Source: Candidatus Woesearchaeota archaeon (lineage in GTDB: Archaea > Nanobdellota > Nanobdellia > Pacearchaeales > GW2011-AR1). Taken from it: DNA of 64,000 nucleotides. This document shows, piece by piece, positions 56,129 to 64,000 of this stretch. Numbering within the stretch: the first letter of the stretch is position 1; each line of letters opens with the position of its first letter. The DNA lies in NCBI GenBank assembly GCA_964413095.1, contig CAYPRJ010000001.1, forward strand, positions 6,975 to 70,974. Reading direction: 5' to 3'. Made by a program: the position numbers and the translations under genes. The notes beneath the pieces are model-generated. The model made no database searches. It was not told where the DNA came from and worked only from the letters and a program-made list of their open reading frames with translations.

Positions 56129-56986
56129 TTGAAAAAAATGAAAAGCAAAAAAGAGGTGGAATTAAAATTTCCCTTAAGTAAAAAAGAAAAATATGTAGCA
56201 ATGCTTGCTCCTAGTTTTGTTGTTGATTTCTCTTATCCTAAAATAATTCATCAACTTAGGGAATTAGGTTTTGATAAAATTGTTGAATTGACTTTTGGAG
56301 CAAAAATGATTAATAGAGATTATCATAAAAAATTGAAAAAATCTAAAGAATTAGTTATTGCAAGTGTTTGTCCTGGTGTTGTTGAAACAATAAAAAATAA
56401 ATTTCCAAGGTATAAAAAAAATCTTATTAAAGTTGACAGTCCCATGATTGCTACAGCAAAGATTTGTAAAAAAATTTATCCAAATTATAAGATAGTCTTT
56501 ATTTCTCCTTGTGATTATAAAAAAACAGAAGCACAGAAAACAAATTATATTGATTATGTTGTTGACTATGGAAGATTGAAAAAATTACTCAAAAAAATTA
56601 AGATTAAAAAGAAGGGAAAAATTTTGTTTGATAAATTTTATAATGATTACACTAAAATTTATCCTGTTGCAGGAGGGCTCTCAAAAACAGCGAATCTTAA
56701 AGGATCTTTAAAAGAAAATGAGGTTATGATTATTGATGGAATTAATGATGTTATTAAATTTCTTAAAAAACCAAAAAAAGGAATAAGGTTTCTTGATGCT
56801 ACTTTTTGCAAGGGAAGTTGTGTTGGAGGTCCTTGTATAAATTCTAAATTACCTATTAAATTGAGAAAAAAGAAGATTTTGAATTATTTAAAAAAAGCAA
56901 AACAAGAGGATATTCCTGATACTAGAAAAGGAATTATTAAGAGAGCTAAAGGAATTTCTTTTTCTTCTAATTTCCCAAGCAAATAA
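56129..56986 (+). CDS. minimal [FeFe]-hydrogenase H-cluster domain-like protein (HydA/Narf-like, 285 aa)
   Basis: LAPSFVV..LRELGFDKIVELTFGAKM, L1-like IASVCPGVV (TSCCP with the first Cys replaced by Val), L2 ISPCDYKKTEAQ (MPCxxKxxE) and L3 FCKGSCVGGP (CxxGCxxGG). Confidence 0.6.
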   Translation: MKKMKSKKEVELKFPLSKKEKYVAMLAPSFVVDFSYPKIIHQLRELGFDKIVELTFGAKMINRDYHKKLKKSKELVIASVCPGVVETIKNKFPRYKKNLIKVDSPMIATAKICKKIYPNYKIVFISPCDYKKTEAQKTNYIDYVVDYGRLKKLLKKIKIKKKGKILFDKFYNDYTKIYPVAGGLSKTANLKGSLKENEVMIIDGINDVIKFLKKPKKGIRFLDATFCKGSCVGGPCINSKLPIKLRKKKILNYLKKAKQEDIPDTRKGIIKRAKGISFSSNFPSK

Positions 56987-57017
56987 TTTAAATAAGGTTT
57001 TCTTTTATTTTGAATAT

Positions 57018-57090
57018 GCGGAGGTGGCACAGTGGCTACTGCATCTGGTTGCAGCCCAGATTTTCGTGGGTTCGAATCCCACCCTCCGCT
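57018..57090 (+). tRNA. tRNA-Cys(GCA), intronless
   Basis: Acceptor GCGGAGG/CCTCCGC, anticodon arm TCTGG-TTGCAGC-CCAGA, T-arm GTGGG-TTCGAAT-CCCAC. 73 nt. Confidence 0.85.
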
Positions 57091-57260
57091 TAAACAATCT
57101 AAGGATTGTTTAATGGACGTGACTCTTCGAGTCCTAACTCGGTCATTGAAAAGTCGTTATTGATAAATTAAATTTGTCGCTTTCCAATAACCTCGCCCTC
57201 CGCTTATCTGTTACGTATAGGTATAGTGGACATTTAAAAAATAAAAATCAGGATTGTAAA

Positions 57261-57674
57261 ATGAAAACCCATACAAAATATTTGAAAATACATACTAAAG
57301 AAAGAATAGAATTTGTTAATATAACTTCTAAAATTGAAGAAGCTGTTAGAGAATCAGGAATTAAAGAAGGAATTGTTTTGGTAAATCCAATGCACATAAC
57401 AGCCTCGGTTTTTATTAATGATAATGAATCTGGTTTGTTAAATGACTTTAAAGAATGGCTGGAAAAACTCGCTCCAAAAGACTTTCAGTATAAGCACCAT
57501 CAAACAGGAGAAGATAATGCTTACGCACATTTGTGGAGAACAATCATGGGCCGAGAAACTACAATTGCAATCAGCGACGGGGAACTTGACTTTGGTCCTT
57601 GGGAAACTATTTTTTACGGAGAATTTGACGGACAAAGAGAGAAGAGAATTTTGATTAAGGTTTTGGGTGAATAG
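57261..57674 (+). CDS. YjbQ/UPF0047-family protein
   Basis: [14 protein letters not shown]...[34 protein letters not shown] matches the UPF0047 signature. The ORF-table start at 57174 runs over the tRNA trailer, so the true start is probably the M at 57261. Confidence 0.6.
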   Translation: MKTHTKYLKIHTKERIEFVNITSKIEEAVRESGIKEGIVLVNPMHITASVFINDNESGLLNDFKEWLEKLAPKDFQYKHHQTGEDNAYAHLWRTIMGRETTIAISDGELDFGPWETIFYGEFDGQREKRILIKVLGE

Positions 57675-57716
57675 TAACTACATAAAATATTTAAATAAGA
57701 AAATGTAGTTATTAAT

Positions 57717-59390
57717 ATGGCATTCATTGTTAAGCAGAAAATTCATGGAAAAGATTATTATTATCTTAGGAAAAGTTTTAGAAAAGGAGATAAAGTTATA
57801 AGCAAACACATCGCATATCTTGGCAAGACTAAAAAAGAAGCTGAGAAAAAAGCTAAAAAGATTTTGAAAAAAATGGAAGGAAAAAATATAGAGAATAAAG
57901 AAAAAAATAGAATAGAAATCAAAAAAATTTCTATTGATGACATGGCGAAGTTTTGCAAAAGAAAAGGTTTTGTTTATCCTTCTGCTGAAATTTACGGAGG
58001 TTTTTCTGGTTTCTGGGATTTTGGGCATCTTGGAACTGAATTAAAAAATAATATTAAAAAAGAATGGTGGGATTTTTTTGTAAGGCAAAGAGAAGACATT
58101 GTTGGAATTGATGGAGCTGTTATTACAAATCCTAAAGTTTGGGAAGCGTCAGGACATGTTAAAAATTTTATAGATGTTTCTGTTGTTTGTAAAAAATGTG
58201 GAAATAAAACAAAAATTGATAAGTTTGAAATAGGAAAAGTTAAATGTGAAAAGTGCGGTGGAGATTTTGAAGTTAAAGAAGAATTTAATCCAATGTTTAC
58301 AACACGGGTAGGACCAACAAAAGAAAATTCTATAACCTCTTATTTAAGACCAGAGACAGCACAATTAATTTTTACTAATTTTAAGTTTGTTCAAGAAAAT
58401 GCAAGAATGAAATTACCTTTTGGAATTGCTCAGATTGGAAAAGCTTTTAGGAATGAAATAGCTCCAAGAGATTTTTTATTTAGAACAAGAGAATTTGAAC
58501 AAATGGAGATAGAATATTTTATTGAACCAGGAAGTAAATGTCCTTATAAATTAAGCACTGAAAATAAAAAAATTTTAGTTTATTCAGATAAAATGCAGGA
58601 GAAAGGCGAAGAGCCGATAAGAATGAGTTTTAAAGAAGCTTATGAGAAAAAAATAATAAAAACTGATTGGCACGCTTATTGGCTTGAACAAAATTTTCTT
58701 TGGTTTATTAATCTTGGAGCAAATCCTGAAAAGTTTAGAATAAGGCAGCATATTTCAGAAGAAAAATCACACTATGCTTTGGATACTTGGGATTTGGAAT
58801 ATAATTTTCCTTTTGGTTGGAAAGAATTACAAGGAATGGCTAATAGAACTGATTTTGATTTAAGGCAACATCAAAAAAATTCAGGAGTTAAATTAGAAGT
58901 TACTAATGATAAAGGAGAAAAATTTTTACCTCATGTAGTTTGTGAACCAAGTCAAGGAATTGAAAGAGCAATGTTAGTTTTTTTATTTGATTCTTATTTT
59001 TACGACGAGAAAAGAGATAATATCATTTTAAGATTAAATCCAAAACTTTCTCCAATTAAAGTTGCAGTTTTTCCTATAGTTAAAAGAAAAGACATGGAAA
59101 AAATTGCTACAGAAATTTATAATGATTTAAAAAAAGAATTTAATGTTCTTTATGATAAAAGTGGAAGTATAGGTAGAAGATATTCTAGACAAGATGAAAT
59201 AGGAACACCTTTTTGTGTAACTGTCGACGAGGATTCTTTAAAAAATAAAAACGTTACAATTCGTGAAAGAGATACTGGAGAGCAAGTTAAAGTTAAAATA
59301 AAAAATTTAAAGAATGTTTTATCTAAATCAGTTAAAGATGAATCAATTTTAACTTTAGGAAAAAAAATTAATACAAGGAAACAAAATTAA
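57717..59390 (+). CDS. glyS: glycyl-tRNA synthetase (archaeal/eukaryotic type) with ~70-aa N-terminal extension
   Basis: Class II motifs (FRNEIAPRDFLFRTREFEQME, the Zn-ribbon insertion CKKCGN..CEKCGG and the C-terminal anticodon-binding domain). Confidence 0.85.
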   Translation: MAFIVKQKIHGKDYYYLRKSFRKGDKVISKHIAYLGKTKKEAEKKAKKILKKMEGKNIENKEKNRIEIKKISIDDMAKFCKRKGFVYPSAEIYGGFSGFWDFGHLGTELKNNIKKEWWDFFVRQREDIVGIDGAVITNPKVWEASGHVKNFIDVSVVCKKCGNKTKIDKFEIGKVKCEKCGGDFEVKEEFNPMFTTRVGPTKENSITSYLRPETAQLIFTNFKFVQENARMKLPFGIAQIGKAFRNEIAPRDFLFRTREFEQMEIEYFIEPGSKCPYKLSTENKKILVYSDKMQEKGEEPIRMSFKEAYEKKIIKTDWHAYWLEQNFLWFINLGANPEKFRIRQHISEEKSHYALDTWDLEYNFPFGWKELQGMANRTDFDLRQHQKNSGVKLEVTNDKGEKFLPHVVCEPSQGIERAMLVFLFDSYFYDEKRDNIILRLNPKLSPIKVAVFPIVKRKDMEKIATEIYNDLKKEFNVLYDKSGSIGRRYSRQDEIGTPFCVTVDEDSLKNKNVTIRERDTGEQVKVKIKNLKNVLSKSVKDESILTLGKKINTRKQN

Positions 59391-59500
59391 TGAAGTAATT
59401 TGTCGACGGAAAATTGTTTTGAAAATTTTTTGAGATTTTTTTTACAAAAACTTTATAAATAAATGATTCTTAATATAATTAATTAAAAGAGGGGTGAAAA

Positions 59501-59698
59501 ATGGCAAAAGCTAAAACACCAAAGCAGATTGCAGTGAAGATAAAATCTCTTAAGAAACAAGTAACAAAACTTGAACAACAAAAGAAGAAAGCAGCTGCTG
59601 CTAAGAAGAAGACTTCTAAGAAAAAGTCAACCAAGAAGAAATCAACTAAGAAGAAGTCTACAAAAAAGAAGTCTGCTAAGAAGAAAAAAAGAAGATAA
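59501..59698 (+). CDS. small lysine-rich basic protein with tandem (KKKSTK) repeats
   Basis: 65 aa. TSKKKSTKKKSTKKKSTKKKSAKKKKRR is encoded by 15-nt tandem repeats, behind an N-terminal coiled-coil. Confidence 0.4.
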   Translation: MAKAKTPKQIAVKIKSLKKQVTKLEQQKKKAAAAKKKTSKKKSTKKKSTKKKSTKKKSAKKKKRR

Positions 59699-59736
59699 GA
59701 ACAATCTTTTAATTATATTTTTTATTTAATCTATTT

Positions 59737-60114
59737 TTAATTATATTTTTTATTTATGAGAGTATGAATTCCTATTGCAGAAAATATTCCTAATGAATCA
59801 ATAAATATGTCAGTTATACTTGCATCTCTTAAAGGGACAAACATTTGGTGAAATTCATCGAATATTGCATGTATTATGGAAATTGTTAATACTAGAATAA
59901 TTGTTTTTAGAGTAATATCTTTTTTACCTTTTATTAAGATAAATAAGAAGAAAGTAAATAGAAAAAAAGCAGTTAAATGATATGTCCTTGGGATCCAGGG
60001 GTTTCCCCCTATTCCAGTTGAAGATGCTCCAGTAATACTTGAAAAAAGGAATATTTCCAGTGTAATGAGGACTGTTATTATTAATGCAAATAATCTATTT
60101 TTGAAAAGTTCCAT
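59737..60114 (-). CDS. VanZ-like membrane protein
   Basis: 125 aa, 4 TM helices. The family call is weak. Confidence 0.3.
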   Translation of the reverse strand: MELFKNRLFALIITVLITLEIFLFSSITGASSTGIGGNPWIPRTYHLTAFFLFTFFLFILIKGKKDITLKTIILVLTISIIHAIFDEFHQMFVPLRDASITDIFIDSLGIFSAIGIHTLINKKYN

Positions 60115-60153
60115 TTTTGGAGATTGGTTTTTTTGTTTAAAAGAATTACTATG

Positions 60154-60225
60154 ATGTCTCTGGAGGGAGTTTAACCCTCGACTTCTGCCTCATGAGAGCA
60201 GCGCTCTGACGCTGAGCTACAGAGA
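60154..60225 (-). tRNA. tRNA-Met(CAT) (elongator or Ile2-type), intronless
   Basis: Reverse complement: acceptor GTCTCTG/CAGAGAC, D-arm GCTC-AGCGTCA-GAGC, anticodon arm CTGCT-CTCATGA-GGCAG, T-arm GAGGG-TTAAACT-CCCTC. Confidence 0.8.
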
Positions 60226-60347
60226 CAAGATTACTAGAGAAAATTGATTTAAAAGTTTTAGTATTAAAGGCTTTGATAAAACATAAGAATTTCTTAACTT
60301 CCTGCTCATTACTCGCAGGTTTTTTTAGATTTAATAGAACTATCTCA

Positions 60348-60510
60348 GATGAGTTTTTTTGAATGAAAAATAGTTCGCCTATCAGCTCAAATTAATCACA
60401 AATAACTGCAATCCTCGTTGGTTTTAGCATTAATTATATTATCAATAGCGAATGAAGTGAGCCAAATTATTGAAAAATACGAATACCATTTATAAGTATC
60501 AGAGATACTC
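60348..60510. repeat. ~165-bp element, copy B (inverted relative to 14489-14652)
   Basis: See copy A. It lies immediately 5' of tRNA-Met on the minus strand. Confidence 0.85.
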
Positions 60511-61177
60511 ATAGAAGACGAAATTTTAATGAATAAACTAAATAGATTTTAGATTTAATTTTAATAAAGATAGTTAAAAATTTTACATTCTTTAGATTTA
60601 ATAAAGAAACGACTATGTTCAATTTACAATTTAATCTACAACACAATTTTAATTTATAACACAAAAAGAAGTGATAAAAATAAAAAAATAAACAGGAATT
60701 CACCAAAGCTGTATTAAAGAAAAAAGGGAAAAATAAAGAGGATTATTGAAAAAATTATTTTCTATATTTTTTCTTTGTATTCTCTTTCATCCTGTTGCTC
60801 TGCTTGTATCTTGTATGTTGCTTCTTGAGAAGGTTGATTTGATTCTATTATAAGGCAGCCTTCAGGATTTTCAGCCCATATGGCTCTTTTTTCCCACATT
60901 AGTTTCTCTTCTATTGTTCTTAGATTTTCTTCATTACTCATTCTTACCTCCGATATTTAATTTTGCTCTGTAAACCAGGACCAGATTCAAAGTATATAAT
61001 AAATTTATAAGAATCAAAAGCCCAGTAAAATTAATACAGAGCTTTAATCACAGATATACTTTTTGTTTTATTCTTAAAGTACAGCTGTGAATTATTCATT
61101 CTTTTTTTAATATTATAAAGTTTATATATTTTTCCGTAAAAAATAAAAAAAGAAGAAATAGTAATAATTAATTTTAA

Positions 61178-61504
61178 CTAACTATTGTTTTTAACTAAAG
61201 TTATCTCAATTGTAGATACACTAACTTTTTTTCCTTCTTTGTTTTCAAATTCTTCACTGCCTGTTTTTATTTCCTTTATTTCAACTTCTTGGTCTTTTAG
61301 AAATCTCTTTTTGACAACTTCTGCAATGTCAACAGCTCTGCTTATGAATTTTCCTCTTGCTTTTACAATCACTTCGTTTTTTCCCTTGGTTGTGAACTGC
61401 ATAACAACACTTGTCACATAATTCATAAAAGGTTTAGTTCCAACATAAACAACATTTTCATCTTCGGCAGATTTGTTGGGTTTGTTTTCAAGTTCTTCAG
61501 TCAT
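61178..61504 (-). CDS. albA: DNA/RNA-binding protein Alba
   Basis: [21 protein letters not shown]...[24 protein letters not shown]...STIEITL. Confidence 0.85.
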   Translation of the reverse strand: MTEELENKPNKSAEDENVVYVGTKPFMNYVTSVVMQFTTKGKNEVIVKARGKFISRAVDIAEVVKKRFLKDQEVEIKEIKTGSEEFENKEGKKVSVSTIEITLVKNNS

Positions 61505-61532
61505 TTTTGTTACCTTAGTTTATTTAGTTTAA

Positions 61533-61712
61533 TTAATGTTTTTGTTTTTTTAATTTTGTTATTAATCCTGCTATTTGATTTCTTATTTTTTTGCTAGGTG
61601 CTGTATTTTTAAGAATTTTTTTGTTTTCTTCAAAATTGTTAGTGAAAGGTATATCTTTTTCTAAGAGAGTTTTTGCAGCTTTTTTTATTGATTTTGATTT
61701 TATTTTACCCAT
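61533..61712 (-). CDS. rps17e: 30S ribosomal protein eS17 (S17e)
   Basis: Translates to MGKIKSKSIKKAAKTLLEKDIPFTNNFEENKKILKNTAPSKKIRNQIAGLITKLKKQKH. This 59-aa protein is below the ORF-table cutoff. Confidence 0.7.
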   Translation of the reverse strand: MGKIKSKSIKKAAKTLLEKDIPFTNNFEENKKILKNTAPSKKIRNQIAGLITKLKKQKH

Positions 61713-61753
61713 GTTAATTTGTTCTATTTCAAGTTTTTAAAGTTTATTGAAAT

Positions 61754-62620
61754 TTATTCTTCATTTATTTTTTCTATCTGGTCAAGTTTTTCTATTGCGT
61801 CAATTAATTTCCTTGTTTTTTTCAATGGCTCTCCCATACTTAGAATTTTATAATCCAGGTTACTTTCTAATGCCTTTTTATATGCTTTTACAATATCTTC
61901 TTCATCGATTCTTTTTTTATTGTAAGCCACCAGCAATAAATCCTTTCCAGAATCTTTTATTTTCATTATTAATTCATTTTTGTTAAAAGATTCAATGTCT
62001 AAAATTTCAGTTGACTTTGATATTAAAAATTCTTTTACTTTATTGAAAAATTTTTGATTTTTCTTTGAGCTTTGTTTTTTCTTTTTAGATTTTTTATTTG
62101 TTGTTTTCTTCTTTTTTGGTTCTTTGTCAAAAATCTCTAATTCTTTTTCTTTTTTAACCTGAGGTTCTGATTTGGGTTGTTCAGATTTTTCTTCTTTTGG
62201 GATTTCTTCTTTGGCTGTGAAATATCTCCAGAAAATTTCATCTGAATTTGGTTTTTTGAAAGGTATTGCAAAATCCTGGATATTTCTAAGAGCTACTCTT
62301 ATTGCAGGAACTTGTTCTCTGTCTGATAAAATTTTTTTCTCTTTTAGAATTTGGAATGCATCTTTTTCTCTACTCTTTAAATATTGTGAAAAATTTTCTA
62401 ATTTTGGCTCTTGTCCTGGAAGAAAATATATCGGAGAACTGCCGACTTTCATATTACTTATTTTTATCTTTTTTTCTGATAATAGTTCTGATAAAAAAGC
62501 AGAAGTGAAGAGTATACTTTGTTCTATTTCTCTTGCTATTCTTGCAGGAAGGCTTGGCCCTTTTGCCTTAAGAACAGATATTATTTTCTCTTTTAATGGT
62601 GTTGTATCTTGTGTTGGCAT
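61754..62620 (-). CDS. hypothetical protein with N-terminal winged-helix-like domain and Lys-rich linker
   Basis: ORF only, with no confident family assignment. Confidence 0.3.
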   Translation of the reverse strand: MPTQDTTPLKEKIISVLKAKGPSLPARIAREIEQSILFTSAFLSELLSEKKIKISNMKVGSSPIYFLPGQEPKLENFSQYLKSREKDAFQILKEKKILSDREQVPAIRVALRNIQDFAIPFKKPNSDEIFWRYFTAKEEIPKEEKSEQPKSEPQVKKEKELEIFDKEPKKKKTTNKKSKKKKQSSKKNQKFFNKVKEFLISKSTEILDIESFNKNELIMKIKDSGKDLLLVAYNKKRIDEEDIVKAYKKALESNLDYKILSMGEPLKKTRKLIDAIEKLDQIEKINEE

Positions 62621-62654
62621 AATTGAATTAAATGTAATAGAATTATAAAGTTTA

Positions 62655-63173
62655 TTATGGCCTTATCCATCCCACTTCATAATATGTGACATCTCCTTCT
62701 TCATCAACAATTGCTAGAAGTAAGTTCTTTTTTGTAGAGTGTGCTATTCTTGTTTTTGCTGAAAATTCGTGCCAGGTTAATTTTCCAGATTCATGGTCTG
62801 TGAATACAAGCCATTTTGCATGTTTTTTTCCTGGGCGTGCTCCTTTTTCATAAACTCTAAATTCTGCACCAAATTTCAATGCTGTTTTTACTATATAACC
62901 TCTTTCTCTTAAATCTTTAAACACAGGATATTTTATTTGAATTTTCTTATCTATTCTTCTTAACTTTGATATTAGGTCCTTTTTTGAAATTTTTTTGGTT
63001 TTTGAAAATGCTTCTGCTTTTCCTTTTTCAACTAAGAATAAAACTTCTGATGGGGAGTATTGGATTTTTTCTCCTACAGGCTCACCAAAACAACTTTTTT
63101 TATATAGAGAAAATGCTTCTGCATCATTGCTTGAGATTATTTCTCCTATGATATATATTTTAATTTTTTCCAT
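62655..63173 (-). CDS. endA: tRNA-splicing endonuclease EndA
   Basis: The catalytic C-terminal domain ALKFGAEFRVYEKG...HAKWLVF with the conserved Tyr, His and Lys. 172 aa. Confidence 0.8.
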   Translation of the reverse strand: MEKIKIYIIGEIISSNDAEAFSLYKKSCFGEPVGEKIQYSPSEVLFLVEKGKAEAFSKTKKISKKDLISKLRRIDKKIQIKYPVFKDLRERGYIVKTALKFGAEFRVYEKGARPGKKHAKWLVFTDHESGKLTWHEFSAKTRIAHSTKKNLLLAIVDEEGDVTYYEVGWIRP

Positions 63174-63385
63174 CGTATCTCCTATGTTCGACGAGGTAAT
63201 TTTCGCTTTGCGAAAATAAGACGAACTTTCTTGAATAAATTCAATTATTAATTAAAGAAAATGATAATATTTAAAAATATGGTTTTTTTTATTGAACTTA
63301 TGAAGCTGATACAATTAGTTTTAGTTCTTGTACTTGTGTTAGTGGTGGCTCTTTTATAGAGTCATTAATTAAATTTTTTTATAAA

Positions 63386-63625
63386 ATGGCTCTTGAATTT
63401 ATTTCATCTGAGGGGATTTTTAACGGAAAGAGAATTTCTATACCTGAAGGAGCAAATTGTTATAGGATTAAATCTGAAAAAATTAAATTTTTCAGAAAAG
63501 ATTTAGAAGGAATTGAGAGAGTTAAATTTATTCCAAAAAATCCAAAGCCAAGAAAAATGAGTTTTGAAGGAGTAGAAAAAAATGCACATAATATTGAGTA
63601 CGGAGAACCTGTTTTTTATGAATGA
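63386..63625 (+). CDS. hypothetical protein
   Basis: 79-aa ORF. Confidence 0.25.
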   Translation: MALEFISSEGIFNGKRISIPEGANCYRIKSEKIKFFRKDLEGIERVKFIPKNPKPRKMSFEGVEKNAHNIEYGEPVFYE

Positions 63626-63658
63626 AAATATTTTAAACTACAAAATTAATATAATAAT

Positions 63659-64000
63659 ATGAAAACAAGTTTTAAAACAATAGAAAAAAGGTGGCAGACT
63701 GAGTGGGAAAAGAAAAGAATTTTTGAAATATCTCGAAAGTCAAGCACAAAAAAAGAAAAATATTATATTTTAGAAATGTTTCCTTATCCTTCTGGTTCTG
63801 GATTGCATATGGGACATGCTCTTAATTTCACAATAGGAGATATTTTTGCTAGATACAAAAGAATGAAAGGATTTAATGTTTTACATCCTATGGGTTATGA
63901 TGCTCTTGGTTTGCCAGCAGAAAATGCTGCTATAAAAGTAGGAGAACATCCAAAGAATTATACTAAGAAATCTATAAGGTATTTTACTAAGCAGATGAAA
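63659..64000 (+). CDS. leuS: leucyl-tRNA synthetase, N-terminal part (continues past window end)
   Basis: [54 protein letters not shown] has the class I HIGH region typical of LeuRS. The frame is open to nt 64000. Confidence 0.8.
   Translation, partial: MKTSFKTIEKRWQTEWEKKRIFEISRKSSTKKEKYYILEMFPYPSGSGLHMGHALNFTIGDIFARYKRMKGFNVLHPMGYDALGLPAENAAIKVGEHPKNYTKKSIRYFTKQMK

Noticed and set aside
57174-57260. N-terminal 29 aa of the ORF-table YjbQ protein ([29 protein letters not shown])
   Set aside because: This stretch is translated from the tRNA-Cys trailer and its duplicated 3'-end copy. The conserved YjbQ domain starts at MKTHTKYL (57261).
60509-60706. 65-aa ORF (-) between the inverted-repeat copy B and the small 59-aa ORF region
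   Set aside because: The translation is low complexity (MVNSCLFFYFYHFFLCYKLKLCC...) in an A/T-rich spacer, so it is probably non-coding.
919-62508. Numerous 60-150 aa ORFs on the strand opposite to, or nested inside, large confident genes (for example 919-1131, 3550-3885, 7689-7892, 16405-16608, 21189-21446, 25561-25842, 33211-33561, 35721-36173, 36408-36674, 47453-47713, 52113-52313, 52630-52842, 57438-57635, 57761-57958, 62172-62648)
   Set aside because: These are typical shadow ORFs of AT-rich coding sequence. They have low-complexity F/L/I/K-rich translations and no independent signals, and all sit inside genes with strong homology on the other strand or frame.
1-64000. CRISPR arrays, rRNA genes, SRP RNA and RNase P RNA
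   Set aside because: No spacer-repeat periodicity was seen anywhere. The only tandem repeats are the coding 15-nt repeats in 59501-59698 and the 18-nt pair at 5334-5372. No long GC-rich structured stretches consistent with rRNA or large ncRNAs were seen. The GC-rich islands are all accounted for by tRNAs and their flanking copies.

Overview
AT-rich, gene-dense archaeal chromosome segment; the lineage call (probably a DPANN-type archaeon such as Woesearchaeota, Pacearchaeota or Nanoarchaeota-like) is an inference from the sequence, not a database hit. Archaeal markers include TFB, Alba, EndA, aEF-1beta, aIF2-alpha, Sm, ribosomal proteins eS1, eS8, eS17, eL42 and uS15, RadA, SRP54 and FtsY. Four LAGLIDADG-containing inteins are present: two in RadA, one in SRP54 and one in EndoQ. 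I found 7 tRNA genes, of which 5 carry introns and at least two carry two introns each. The main finding is nt 1-13522, a type IV pilus-like locus. It has a FlaI/TadA-family ATPase (cut off by the window edge), a FlaJ/TadC-like membrane platform, about 10 small pilin-like proteins with class III signal peptides and a prepilin peptidase. Embedded in it are two peptidoglycan-hydrolase homologues, an AmpD/PGRP-type amidase_2 and an M23-like peptidase, plus a 668-aa lipoprotein. An archaeon has no murein of its own, so these enzymes are unexpected. A second surface/adhesion cluster at 43124-51533 has an RHH regulator, a 605-aa pilin-like protein and a 2056-aa giant secreted protein. Other notable items: an identical 21-nt promoter motif 16 nt upstream of two pilin operons; LAGLIDADG endonuclease genes abutting two intron-bearing tRNAs; tRNA-Leu, tRNA-Arg and tRNA-Cys each flanked about 100 nt away by partial copies of their own termini; a ~165-bp inverted repeat pair 45.7 kb apart; a ~90-nt repeated intergenic element; a 285-aa minimal [FeFe]-hydrogenase-like protein; and a split HldE (ADP-heptose) gene pair near a sequon-dense surface protein. 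No rRNA or CRISPR array was seen.
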